64,000 nt of DNA, from assembly GCF_018977255.1 (NCBI RefSeq), contig NW_024704742.1:8062001-8126000 (forward strand), read 5' to 3'. Each line of letters starts with the position of its first letter. Positions within the stretch are counted from its first letter, which is position 1. Positions 25,086-38,880 of the stretch are shown here, in pieces. This stretch comes from Callorhinchus milii. Taxonomy: Eukaryota. The notes under the pieces are model-generated. The model did not search any database. It was given only the letters and a program-made list of their open reading frames with translations, and was not told the DNA's origin. The position numbers and the translations under genes are program-made.

Positions 25086-28000
25086 ACTGTAAAACTAAGA
25101 TTTGTGTGTCAACACACACAAATCTTAGTTTTACAGTCGGTCTGTGTAATGATATATTCTATCGGACCGGACAAAATTATAACAAAAGAAAATAATAATA
25201 ATTTGGTCACTCAATCCACGACTGTGTATGGGACGCTGCTGTGCGCAATTGGCTGCCGCATTTTGCCCCCCCAAAATGTACAGTCAATTCACTTTACAGT
25301 ATATTCTGTGAAGCACTTTGAGACGTCTCGAAGACGTAATAAGGTGCTCTATCAAATGCAAGGATTATTATTATTATTACTATAACAATTGGGGAACTTC
25401 CCTTATCAACGGAACAAGCTTATAATTTCAAGGATAAGGATAAAACATTAAAAAAATCAGGTGTTAATATGTTTTTTTTAGTAATATCAGTTATTTTTGA
25501 CTGTTTTATCTTCCAAATTGAATCACAAAAATAACAGGCACCCTGGGTGCTTAAATACTGCACAGCAACATTGGACTATCGGTCTGCCCGTCAACCCATC
25601 CCGCGCTCTCATCTGCCTGACTCCATTCCGGATTTCAGATGCCGGATCGATGCTCTGGACTGATCCAGTAGCACTGTTAATAGGGACAGCAAATCTGCAT
25701 AACACTACGCTGATTAGAACATTGTGCAGCTATAACAATACGCACACTCCAGTCTGACACATGCGGAAACCCATCATCACGATTAAGAGTCCCCAAACCA
25801 AGCTGAGGTTTCCATGTATCCCACAAACACATGGAAATCCCAGAGATAGACGGTTGGAATGCAATGCGCACTCTCTCCCTGGAGGGACACATCCTGTTTA
25901 CCTGATTCGGGAAAGTATTAGGTGCAGGTGGCAAGAATCAAGGCTTGGGGGACCCCAGAGTGTGTGTTGGGGTAACTGCTGGAGTCTAACCAGCTAAAAC
26001 CGCATAGCTTGCCATTGATATTGCTGTCTGGCAAGCTTTCCCGCTGCTTGTCCAGATGGGACCACCCTACCTGTTAAGGCTTTGGCTGCAGGGTTAACAG
26101 GAGCTGAGTGGGATGACTCCCTGCCCTCAGTGACTGGTCTGCCCGTCCAGGTCCTGCCGATGAGCCAGGCTGGGCTGTGCTGTCGTCAGCAGTGCCCTGG
26201 GATACTGCGGACCGGCCCGGCTCAGGAACTGGACTAGAGACTGCCATAGAGGCGCAAACGCGACTGCAGTTGTTCAGCATTGATTTTACATCATTTTCCC
26301 TGTGTTTAATCGCGGTGATTTTTTAAAAATCTGCTGAACCAGCCAAAAAGTACTAACACACAGAAATCTACTATTCCCTGCAAGGTAATAAATTACCTTA
26401 TATCACGTCGTCTAAAATAACTTTGGAATACTAGCCACAGTCATTAAGGGATATAGGGAAGGAGCTGGGAGGAGCTGATTAATAGAAAAGGATGACTTTG
26501 AAAAAGTAAGTAGGAGTGGCACTTACATGATGGGGTAGAAATTCCATCTGGATCTAGATTTAATCTATTTATGTCGAATTTTCGCGCACAAAATATACAG
26601 TTAATTCACTTTACAGTATGTTCTGTGAAGCACTTTGAGACACCCACAAGACGTGATCAAATTCAAGGATTATTATTACTATAATTTCTGAATTTTGCTC
26701 GCTGGTCATGGGATTTTTTAAATACAAATTCTTAAATACAGCCTTAACTTTATCTTTTAAGGCAAATTCAAAGTAGAACTGAATTCAACAATTTACCAAT
26801 TTCTGGACGCTCTAAAGTATAAAAATATAAAAATTTTGCCCGCAAAATATACAGCCAAGTGGAACTTCTGCCCAGATAAACTGAATAGCCTCCCTCTATG
26901 CTGAAAATGTAGTTTAACCCGTTGTACATAATGGGTAATATTTGTGCTAGTTTCAACAAATTCCTTATGTTAATTAAGGAAGGTTTGATAACTGATAGCA
27001 GGTGACAAACACTTCTCCAGATAAGTGAAACTGCCCTCTGCCATTTCACGCAACACCATTTTTTTTAAAATCGATGAATTTTGCAAATGTAATTTTTAGG
27101 CATCTGTTTAACTGTTTCTGTTCAATACTATATCTATTTTCTGGCCTCGATCAGCTAAAGAGGGAGGAAATCCACACTCTCTGTAGCCTGAATATAACTT
27201 TCAAGGGACCGTGTTGCCAGTGAGTGAGAGACAGGGACGAGTGTGGTGGGGGGGCGGGGGAAATCAGACTTTATGTTATTTTATATGTTATTAGACCTAT
27301 ATTATTAGCACCGCCAATTGTCCAGGGGTCTTCTAAACCTGCTATTGTGTAACCGGCATCCAACTATTACCTCCTGAGGCAAGAGACCTCATTACAAGTG
27401 TGTAAACAATAGAGCATTCCCTCCAACTATCCAGTAGAACGTCCAACAAGGGCATTTCCTTACCAGAAACCTTATTAAACGAGAGCATCAGAATGCTAAT
27501 CACGGTCTCGATCATTGTATTTGTGATATTTGTGAAACAAATACAATCACCCCCACACCCCCGACCCTCTTTACCTTCCCACTCCCCCCAGCTCAGGTAC
27601 CCAGCCAGCTGCGTAAAACTCCCTTGAGAAATCCTCCCGTGAACGGCGCTATATAAATGCAAATTGTATTGTATAGTCATTTTTTTCCACGAGCCGACTG
27701 TCCTTTAATGCTGAATAGCCAAAAAAACACTGTGTCCGTTCTCCTGGGTAATGGAGCAGTCTGGAGCCTGCAGTTAAAGATGTTTAATTTGTGACTGATA
27801 CACACAATGGGTATAGAAATACAACACCAAGGAAACCCACTGACTGCACGTTTTACACAATAATGATAACTAATTACCCCCTCGGGTTACAGCGCTGACC
27901 TCAAGTCTGTAACAATACTTTGACTTTGGTCATTCTAACACATTTGCTGACACAGAATAAGGAAAGAGGCAAAGTCACATTTGCTTCAAGCTTTTCGAAA

Positions 28001-28282
28001 CAACCTGCCATATTTGACTTTGCCATAAAAAGCTTTACAGCCATGTTTTAAAAAAGACTTCTTTACTGATCAACATCCATTTGAAGGTCACTAGAAAATG
28101 CTTCGCTTATATGCAGGCAAACTGCACGGTGATTACTTTATTTTTCATGTGAGTTGTTGAATTGCACGACTGGAAACTCTTCAGTGTAACTGCACTTCCG
28201 GCAAAACAATTCGGATATCAGGAAGAGCCCTGAGACCAGAAGCCTCATCCTACTTGAGTTTCACACCAGCTCTCTTATAGTT

Positions 28283-28582
28283 GGCGAAACCCTCGGCTAG
28301 TTTCCTTACTCCACACACACACACGCCTGTTTACCTAGCAATAAGTAGAAAGCCCCTTGTTAGTCAATTGGCGGATCGCTTTCCAGTGGTAATAATCCCT
28401 CCAATAAAAAATGTGGTCACTCAATCCACAATTGTTTGTGGGACATTGCTCTCCGCAATTGTCTGCCGTGTTTTGCCCACAAAATACACAGTCACTACAC
28501 TTTACAGTATATTCTGTGAAGCTCTTTGAGAAATCTCGACGACGTGATAAGGTGCTATATCAAATGCAAGGATTATTATTAT
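28283..28582 (+). mobile_element. tRNA-headed SINE, long form, 5'-truncated
   Basis: Family body and tail. Confidence 0.85.
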
Positions 28583-29725
28583 AGTTGCAATCTTTACAAA
28601 AACATGTGGATTTAAAGAAGCATTGGACAAGTTCCACTGGCCAGAGCACAACTCCAACCAGTGCAGAACCAATATGTTGTTCAGGTACCAATGTTGAATT
28701 GACATAACTTGAGTGCTTATAACTGATGTGAAATCTGCCTGAAGCAAAGGGCTGAGCAAATAGTATTATAGTACGGTAAGACTCACATAAGTTATATCAG
28801 ACGGGGACATTAACAATTAATTTGACTTACGCGAAGTATGAGTTACAGGCAAACTTGTATAAGTCGTACAATATATATGCCTTAATCAATAATCTACACT
28901 GTGCGTGCATTCATCAATGCAGTTAATCAGTGTGTCAAGGTAAATATCCTATGGCTCTATTTGAAAAGAGAAGGGAGCTTCCCCAGTTCCCTGACTAACA
29001 CAGCTCCAGATAAATTGTTCATTCATTTCATGAATGATGCCTGTTGAAGGGAAATTGCTGAGCACAAAATGGCTTTTGCAATTTGCTTCAAAAATATACA
29101 GCCTGTACAGTACAGTACACAGCAATTACCTGTGAAAACGCTTTGATGTTATAGGTAAAATATCAAATGCAAAGGATTATTGTTATTTTTATTTCCAACC
29201 AGTGTTCATTATTAGCTATTTGTACACTGGGATTTCTTTACACAATGTACAGCTTGCTGGATCCAGCCTGAGGCAAATTCCCAAGTCTTACCTGACTTGT
29301 CACTCCTTTTTATCAGGTGGGTCAGGATCCGCCCAATACACTATGCACTTTTGATGTTAGTCCAGAGAGGAATAATTAATCTGATTTTACTCTCGGGGAG
29401 TCCGACAATGGAGCAATTATTACCCAACAAAAGTGGGACAGAATCCTAGGTTTTTGTAGTTCAATTTACACCAGTTACACAGTGGCTTGGATTTTCCCCG
29501 AAGAGAATAATGAAATGAGCTGAACCTGAGGATTTGTACCAAGGTGTCCCTTTGCAGCTCATATAGGCAACATAAATCATTGGCTGTCAGCTTTCTTCAA
29601 GGTGGCCTTAGTGGAGTTGTGTAAAACCTTATAATGAACACGTTTTTCTTCCTACCAGAGAAACAGTAACCTTGATGTTTGTCTCTTTCCCACCAACTCC
29701 CCTCCCCACACACACACACACGCAG

Positions 29726-30048
29726 ATAATAATAATAATAATCCTTGCATTTGATATAGCGCTTTTCACGTCGGGAGGACGTCCCAAAGCGCTTCACAGA
29801 ATATACTGTAAAGTGAATTGACTGTATATTTGTGGGCGAATGCGGCAGCCAATTGCGCACAGCAGTGTCCCACAAACAGTCGTAGATTGAAAATGACCAA
29901 TTTATTATTGTTTTTGGTTTTGGAGGGATTATTATTAGGCTCTGTGTGGAGTAAGGAAACTTGCCCAAGGTTTCGCCCTCTGCCTGGAATTGAACTCAGG
30001 TCTCTCGCTTGCAAAGCGAGTGCTCTAACCACTGAGCTACAGGACTCC
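29726..30048 (-). mobile_element. Young SINE subfamily, copy A
   Basis: Diagnostics CCAGGCAGAGGGCG, CACAGAGCCTAATAAT and tail GGGACGTCCTCCCGACGTGAAA; only a few mismatches to copies B and C. Confidence 0.93.
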
Positions 30049-30477
30049 AGATGCTGCCTGTATCCAAGCAGGATATTTGGATTTGGATTCAGCGGTGATC
30101 AGCTATTTACATAAGTTTGATGCAAAATCTCGTTCGTATATACTTTCCTGAATTCACAACACTTGCCTGGAGACTTTAGTGTGTGGGAGAGCCTTCCCAG
30201 TGTATAGCGGATGTAGCTTGAGGAAGATATCAAACAGCAATTCATTCCTGCTAAAGACTTACCTGACTATGGGGGTAAGGGTGGGCAGAGACGCAGCCTG
30301 ACAGATCCCTTCCTCTTTGTGCACTTTCCAGCAGGACTCACTGAACAGGGATCAGGAGAAGGAATTGTGGCTGATTCTTCTCTTGCCTGGTTATAGGAAA
30401 GCTGAGTAAAATTGCAGTGGCTGTCACACAACTCAGCTGAGAATAGTCAACAACAACAACAACAAATTACAGTTGTA

Positions 30478-30803
30478 TAATAATGATAATAATAATAATC
30501 CTTGCATTTGATATAGTGCTTTTCACGTCTTCCAGACGTCTCAAAGCGCTTCACAGAATATGCTGTAAAGTGAATTGACTGTATTTTATGTGGGCGAAAT
30601 GCGGCAGCCAATTGTCACTCCTTTTGACAAACAGTTGTGGTTTGAAGTGACCAATTTATTATTGTTTTTTTTTCTTGAGGGATTATTGTCAGGCTTGTGG
30701 AGTAAGGAAATTGGCCAAGGTTTCACCCTGACCTGCTGGGAATCGAACCCAGGTCTCTCGCATGCAAAGCGAGCACTCTAACCACTGAGCTATAGGACTC
30801 CAC
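30478..30803 (-). mobile_element. tRNA-headed SINE, short form
   Basis: Full head-to-tail match. Confidence 0.88.
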
Positions 30804-30811
30804 ACTCCACA

Positions 30812-31170
30812 GTATAGCGCCCTTCACGTCAGAAAGATGTCCCAGAGCACTAGACAGTCAGAGGTTCTTGGACCCGAGCTGGGAGTTGGGGTCAGGAGGG
30901 GTGGAGGGCAGGGGGTTGGGGGTGAGAGGGTGGCCAAAGGCGGGACTTGAAGGAGGCAAGGGAGGGTGTGAGGAGGAGGGATTGCGGGATAGATTTCCAG
31001 AGTGTGGGGGCAGAGATGCTGAATGCCTGACCACCAATAGTGGGGCGAGAGGTGCAGGGGGACTTGAAGCAGGCTGGTGTCCACCGAGCACAGGAAGCGG
31101 ACAGGCTGACATGCGGTTTGGAGGTCGGCGAGGTAGGGGGGAGCAAGACCATGGAGGGTCAATGCACAGG
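30812..31170 (-). mobile_element. L2 LINE 3' end
   Basis: LHGLAPPYL..IGGQAFS..TLWKSIP..ASFK plus tail. Confidence 0.82.
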
Positions 31171-34100
31171 TCAGCAATTTGCGCTGAGACCTTTCTGAGC
31201 GTTAGTCAATTCCACCCACCAGTGACTTTGTCAACTGAACCCAATTGAACACAACACATTCTGCCCCTGCATTCTGGAACCTGCTGTGATCAAACGATCA
31301 TAAGAGGGGTTCAGGTGAAGAAGGCCTTTTTGTCCATTTGATCTCATCATTCCAGAACACGCACCAGACCGTCTTTCCATTATACCATTAAGCTGTGGTC
31401 TGAATAAGTGCAGGACTGGCCTCAACTAGTACCTTCCTGGTAACCTGCGTTTCATCCGCAAAACATAGTCAATTCACTTCACAGTATATAAGGAGTCCTG
31501 TATCTCCAATGGATAGAGCACTCGTCTCGCAAGGTTAGATTCCCAGCAGGTCAGGGCAATACCTTGGGCAAGTTTCCTTACTCCACACGCCTGATAGTAA
31601 TCCTGCAAGAATAAGAGAGGTTCTACAGTATATCAATGGGTTTGGCTGTTGAATTCCTAATACATTGGAAAGTCATTGCAACTCATCAGAATGACGAACA
31701 TGTCAAAAAAGTAAAGGCTAAATTCTAATTTACGATGAAAGCTTTATTTTTATTCAGATTAAAAAAAAGAGAGTTTATCTGATGAAAGAGTTTTTACGGG
31801 ATGCATTGATCATCAGCACAGGCTTGCGTTCTACCCTTCTCCCTGGTATGAATGAATCTATGTGTGATTGTGAATGTGTGTGTCTGTTCCACTTCCTTTA
31901 AGTCAATATTGGACAGCACAGGAGGTGTGAGTTGGCCATTCAAATGCGCACAAATACAATGTTATGCATTGGCTTCGAGATAGCACAAAAAGCCCAGCAT
32001 TAGCAGACTTTTAATACCACATTGATGATTTGCACAGTGCTGGCCGGCTGTGGGAACTAGTGCTATGTAAATAGAAACCGAACATGATGATACATTATTG
32101 TACCAGTCTATAATTCTTTTTCGTGTGACATAATGTAGGATGAGAGTGCCAAAAGCTCCTACAGTTTTTGCAAACATGCATAAAAGAGCGCTCTGAAAGC
32201 CTGCTACATTTTGATTGACTTCTGTGTCCATAACATCATGGAAAATTGGATCCATTAGATGTGCAGCTTGAACACAACCCAATTAGAGCTAATAATGGTT
32301 TTGTTATAAGAGCTATTACTACATTTTTCTGCCTGACCTTAAACCGCGATCTTTGTGACACTAATCCCTTATTACCCAGAGCATTGAAATGTAATTTAGT
32401 CATTATCAGTACGACTGTGAATAGGAAAAAAATGGGTCGTTTGCGAGGAGTTAAGTGGAAACTGTCTGTCTGAGCCACTGAGCGGTGTCTACAAAGAGCT
32501 TCTCGTGTCCATTTACCTCAATGATCTGCCATCTTCTGGGGGTGACTCTGCAGTAACATACCTCTTCACACACCCCCCCCCACCCCCTCCCTCCCCCAGC
32601 TAGAACCCATCAAATACTGAAAGCAAGTTGAAGGAGGTTGATGAGCAACTCTGGTGGCAGATCACTGGATTCCCCATTCTCCTGGGTTACAAGTTCAATC
32701 CGTAGCCTTCAGTGGTATTCAGATACCCCGATCCTCGATAGATATATTGCAGCAGATGTCAGCTTGACTGCCCGCCAGAGAACTCCACGTCAGCCATTGA
32801 CATTGTAAAAGTTACCAGCCTACAAATCATCCGAGTAGGCTCTGATTGAATGCGTGCGCTTTGCAAACTGCATGTCCTGCGTGACATTTATGCATATTTA
32901 AAATCTATTACATTTTCTGAGCGTAGATTTGTACCAGAAAAGAATTTGTAGTCGCATTCCGAGGTGTGATATATAGTGTGGAATAGTTCAAGTGCATTCG
33001 AACATTGAAAACCACTGTCAGGATATCTTGTCTTATCACATGATAGATCACTGTATTAACTTAGGCAGATTGCCCCTCGCCTTCCTTCACCAGCCCCAAT
33101 AATGTTACTTACCGGCCTTGTCAGCATCAACGTTGATCTATCCAGCGCTCTGCTGTGATACAGGTATGCAAAGTACAACAACAATAACTTATATGCAGCG
33201 TCTTTCACGCCGGGAGGATGTCTCAAATTGCCGGACGTCCGAAAACCGAAATATATTTTGTCACAATATAGTGGCCATTTAGTGTTAATGTTCTGATGTT
33301 TAGCTTCACACTAAAGATCACAAGTGCAGTGAAAGGTAATGCCAGTCCAGGTCAATAAAAGTATAATGTAAGACAGAAAAACATCTTCATATTGTACTTT
33401 GTATACACTATTCTGTTTGTGGGATATTATTGTGCAAATCGTTTAAAGCTGCCGCGTTCACTTATAAACACACAGTGACTACACTTTACAGTAAAATCTT
33501 TAAGGTGTGAAGTGCTTCGAGATGTTTCGACAGTGTGATAAGACACCATTTCAAATGGGAGGATCACTATTGTGTAAGTGGTATGTGTCAGCCTGGCTCA
33601 GTTTGTAGTATTTCCGCTTCCAAGCAGACGGTTGTGGGTTCTGGCCAGGGTCGCAGTCTTCGAGTGAGATGTTAAAGCAACATCCTGTCCTGGCTGCCTG
33701 TTCAGGATCTCGTGGCTCGATTCAAAAAGAGAAAAGGGGAGAGGTTTCTCCTCATTTCATGGTCAACACATCCCCCAGCGGGAAAAAAATGGTTATTCAC
33801 TTCATGGCTGTGTTGTGGGACATTGTTGTACGCAACAATGGCTGCCTACAAACACACAGTCACTTAACTTTACAGTAAAAAAAATCCTGTCAAGCAGTTT
33901 GAAGTATTTTGGTCACATGATAAGGCACTCTATCAGCAAAAAATCACATCATATTAGCACCTTTCATATCAGGAGGACGTCTCAAAGACCTATCAAACGT
34001 AAGAATTATTATTGTATCAATCTGTTTGATGTATTTGAACAGGATATTGGCAATGTTTGTTATTGAGGGAAAGTAGACAAATGCATCCGTATTATGTGTA

Positions 34101-34424
34101 TACGCAATATTTGCATCAAGTGTAACAGATGTTTAACGCATCCTGCGCTTTCACTTTAAATTTCGAAGAGGGCTTGGAGACAAGAGGGAAGATATTGAAT
34201 ATTACAGAGAGACCATGGAAAGATCTTAAAGCACCTTAAGGATATTATTGTGACAAGCATGTACATGGCAAGGCTGAGTGAGGAGTTTTACTCAATCCTC
34301 CTGTCTAACGGAAGACCGCTCAACTTTAAGAGACTCATCCAATTAGTATTGATTCTGTGCTGATTGAGGCCTTCTGTTCATGGACATGTGAGTTTTGTCA
34401 GCACCCGATGAACATATAAATGAA

Positions 34425-34606
34425 ACGGAAACAGAAGTGGCTGGGAACGCTCAGCAGGTCAGGCAGCATCTATGGAGAAAGGAAAGTGAGTCAACATTTC
34501 GGTTCTGACGAAGGGTCGTGGATGCTGCCTGACCCACTGACTGCGCCCAGCGACTTCTGTTTCTGTTTCAGATTTCCAGCATCTGCAGTATGTTGCCTTT
34601 TGTTTT
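34425..34606. mobile_element. Penelope terminal-repeat remnant with inverted arms
   Basis: GAAACAGAAGTGGCTGGG..AGGTCAGGCAGCATC is inverted against GATGCTGCCTGACC..CCCAGCGACTTCTGTTTC; same sequence as 52430-52500. Confidence 0.7.
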
Positions 34607-34774
34607 AACATATAAATGAAATGATTTCACAAACTGCAATGGATGGGTTTAACCTGAAGGGAAGTGAAGACTTAATAAATAATCCATACCAATTTTTGCC
34701 GATTTGGACCAAGTGGAGGGAGCAGTTGTGTGACTAGCTGATGATTGGGGATTTCAGTCTTTTGATGATGATAA

Positions 34775-35178
34775 TAATAATAATAATAATAATAATCTTT
34801 AGCTATGGGTATATTTCACAACGTCGCAACGTCTCAAAGCGCTTCACAGGACAATACTGTAAATCGTAGTGACTGTGTATCTTGTAGGTGAACGGGGCAG
34901 GCAATTTCCAAACAGCAATGTCCCACAAACAGCCATGGTGTGAGTAACCAACTTTATCTAAGGGTTAATGGCCAGGACACCAGGAGAAACTCCCTTCTCT
35001 TTTTGATTATTACCATGGAATCTTTAACGTCCACCTGGACAGGCAGTACCTTGGTTTAACATCACACCTGAAGGTCGGCACCTCCAACAATACAGCACAC
35101 CCCAGCACTGCAATGGAGTGTCAGCCTCGACTGTGTGGGTTCCGAGTCTTGATGCGGGGCTTGAATCCACAACCTGTG
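34775..35178 (-). mobile_element. Deu-domain SINE
   Basis: Reverse match to 6224-6672, with (AAT)n tail. Confidence 0.75.
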
Positions 35179-36309
35179 AGTATTTTCCATGAAGAAATAA
35201 CAAAAGTTTGGCATCAGAGGCTTAAAGAGGGTTTTTTGATAAGACTGGCCTGAACAAATCACCCCCCCCACCCCCCACTCCCATACACAACACACACACA
35301 ATAAATTTATCCAGGACGGGCTGGCAGATTCTGCTCTTCAGGGAGAAATCCCAAACTGAAAGAAAACATTGGCTTTGACCCAAGTCTTCACTTGTGCTGT
35401 TGACTTTGTCTCCGCTTCCAGTGGATCTGACATGAGTTAATTATGACGGCACTGGATCAGGCAGAAGTGACCTGAAAACCCCGTTGCCAAAGCAGTCGTT
35501 CTACTAAGGTTGAATTTAAAGCCACACGAGATCTCCTCTAATGGCTTAATCAGCTGTTTTCATGTCTATAAATAATCCTACAGCAATTTTCAGTGGACGT
35601 CTTTCATCGAAATTCTGTCAAATTTATGAAAATGGAAAACAAACTCCCACCAGAGCAACACCTGGGGCAGAGAATACTCGCAAAATCATATGTCAGCCTC
35701 AGCCCAATAATATATGCTCCCCGTGTGGAGATGTAGGTTGACTGGGCTCCAATAAATGACTATTTCCTTAATATTGAAACCAGAAATGTGCTGTAACAAC
35801 GCATGGGACCTCTGCTCTCACACAATGTACTTTGGGACAAGAGTTCCCATGGGCTGGGCTAATGTACTTGGGATTACCAAAAGGAGCTCCGACTTTGATT
35901 GCTTATTAAGGAATTACATCAGAAGCTGCCGCATGTTAAAACCGATGGTTGCTTTTCCGTGTATTTATGGGGTGGGTGGGTGTTTCTTGTGGTCTTTGAT
36001 CCCTTGAAGTCTCTGGTGTGCTGACTTTCAGGACTTTACAGGCCTGTGTACAGCACAGAAACAGTCCACTGGGCTCAACCAGAGTCCATGTCAGTGTTCA
36101 TACTCCACATGAGTCTCCACCCACTCCTTACTCCCTCCCTCCCTCTCTCCCTCCCCATACCTGTCTATTCCCCTCTCCCTCATGAGATGTCCTGACATGA
36201 AAGGCGCTATACAATTGTAATCTGTTGTTGTTGCAATGTCAGAGGTGCCGTCCTTCAACTGAGACATTAAACCGAGTTCCCATCTGACCGTTCAGGTGGA
36301 CGTTAAAGA

Positions 36310-36625
36310 TAATAATAATAATAATAATAATAATAATCCTTGCATTTGATTCAGCGCTTTTCACATCTTCAAGACGTCTCAAAGCGCTTCACAGAACATA
36401 CTGTAAAGTGAATTGACTGTATATTTGTGGGCGAAATGCAGCAGCCAATTGCGCACAGCAGCGTCCCACAAACAGTCATGGATTGAAGTGACCAATTTAT
36501 TATTTTTTTTTGAGGGATTATTATCTGGTGTGTGGAGTAAAGAAACTTGCCCAAGGTTTCGCCTGACCTGCTGGGAATCAAACCCAGGTCTCTCGTTTGA
36601 GAGGCGAGTGCTCTAACCACTGAGA
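36310..36625 (-). mobile_element. tRNA-headed SINE (short form) nested in a plus-strand DeuSINE (36235-36850)
   Basis: The DeuSINE GTGGACGTTAAAGAT | CCCACAGCACTA junction is split by the insert. Confidence 0.85.
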
Positions 36626-37298
36626 TCCCACAGATCCCACAGCACTACTCGAAAAGAGAAGGGAGTTTCTCCTGGTGTCTTGGCCAACGATCCTTCAAAT
36701 AAAATTGTTCACTGTCTTCATGGCTATTGTGGGACATTGTTGTGTGCAAAAGGCTGCCGCATTTCAATACACCGTCACACCACTCTACAGTATTTCCTGT
36801 GAAGCGCTTTCAGACGTCTCAAGGCGTTATATCAAATGCGAGGATTATTATTAGTTGTATCATTATTTTGTGGATATCTAGCTTCCTCTCGAAGGCATCA
36901 ATACTATCTGCTTCAACTACCACTCGGGGCAGCAAGTTGCACACTCTCATTCTCCTCTGCATGAGGAAGTTTAAGTTGATACTTTATTAAGGAATCATAC
37001 AAATTAGACGCCCAAACCAGCTCAATCCAACCTCACAGTACTTCCTGGGCTGTTTGTGGGCACATTGTCGTGCGCAACTACGAAATACACAGTCACTCCA
37101 CTTTACAGCGTTGAGACATCTCGACAATGTGGCAATGTGTTTTATCAAATGCAAGGATTATTAATATTATTATTGATGTATAAAAGGCATCGCGCTCATC
37201 AAACTACCTCGGCGATTTTTTTTCTCTCCCCCTCTTCTTTACAAACACAAGTGGGCCTGACTTTTCATGAACGTTGGCTCTTGTGTCTTGTGGCTCTT

Positions 37299-37625
37299 GT
37301 GGAGTCCTGTAGCTCAGTGGTTAGAGCACTCGCTTTGCAAGCGAGAGACCTGAGTTCAATTCCAGGCAGAGGGCGAAACCTTGGGCAAGTTTCCTTACTC
37401 CACACAGAGCCTAATAATAATCCCTCCAAAAAACAAAAACAATAATAAATTGGTCATTTTCAATCTACGACTGTTTGTGGGACATTGCTGTGTGCAATTG
37501 GCTGCCGCGTTCGCCCACAAATATACAGTCAATTCACTTTACAGTGTGTTCTGTGAAGCGCTTTGGGACGTCCTCCCGACGTGAAAAGCGCTATATCAAA
37601 TGCAAGGATTATTATTATTATTATT
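37299..37625 (+). mobile_element. Young SINE subfamily, copy B
   Basis: Same diagnostics as 29726-30048. Confidence 0.93.
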
Positions 37626-38399
37626 GTGTCGCTTGAACCCCTTCCCTCAAATGAGTTGAGATTTTCTCTCGGTGTTCCATGGCAGACAAAGAGCCACAGA
37701 AAGTCCTCGGAGGGCAAAACACAAGACACCGCGCTCAGTAAATTCTTCTTATCTCACGGGTAATCATAGAAGGGACAGACAAGAGAGCACCAGGGGTCGG
37801 ATGCCTCAAGTGCAGACAGTATGCGGACTGACAGGTTTGAGAAAGCGGTCGATTTCCTTTCTGTGGTTTGGGATTGAATTGCTGGGGATTTGACTTGACA
37901 CTTTTGCAAACCAATCAAAAACCCCACTTTGAACTCTCCAGTTCAAATGACTTGTTAGGCGGCGAGTATTCCCTCAGTGAACACAATCTCCAGCCCAGCC
38001 AGACATCAGTCAGTACCTTGGGCTCCGTAAGAACAACAGGGGGGTGAAGGGGTTAATGAAAGGTTTTGCAGTTCGTCTGCGCTATTCCCAACACAAATAC
38101 CAATAAGGATTTCCTGACATCCATCATGTTCGCGACGTCTTATTGCATCCTCAAATGGATGATGCCGTAGGAGAAAGAGGGGAGATGTAAAAAGGCTAAA
38201 GGCAGTTGATGGGAGAAAGAGAACGAGACAGAGAGAGAGAGAGAGAGAGGGTGAAGAGAAGAGAAGCAGAAGGGCATAAGAAATAGAGGGGAGAGGAAGG
38301 GAGGTGTGTAAAGAGACACGGGGTAAATAAAATGAAGCACTAACAACAGAGTCAATGGAAGATAAATCAGATAATTGTTGATTAAAGAAAAAATGATAA

Positions 38400-38880
38400 T
38401 AAAAATAATCCTTGCATTTGATAGAGAGTCTTTCACACCGGTAAGACATTTCGAAGACCTTCACAGGATTTACTGTAGATTGTAGTGACTGTGTATTTGG
38501 AGGTCAATGCAGTGACCAATTTATGTGTCCCACAAACAGCCAATGAAGTGAGTGACCAATCCTATTTGGGTTTTTGTTGGCCAGGAAACCGGGAGAAACT
38601 TCCTTCTCTTTTCGAATAGTGCCGTGGGATCTTTAATGTCAACAACAACAACTTGCATTTACAGCTTCCATTTTGTTTTACATTGCGCCCTTCACTCAGG
38701 GTAGGGTCCCAGAGCACTTTGTCCAACTGAGGTGGGAGCTCAGTTCGATGTCTCATCTGAAGGACAGCACCTCCAATGCAGCGCACCCCCAGCCCTGCAC
38801 CGGAGTGTCAGCTGTGAGTTCAATGTCCTGGCGTAGGGCTTGAACCTACAACTTTCTGATTCGGAGGCAAGAGTGCCAAG
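38400..38880 (-). mobile_element. Deu-domain SINE with a short L2 tail inserted (38640-38725)
   Basis: Reverse match to 6224-6672; (CAA)nCTTGCATTTA insert. Confidence 0.7.
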
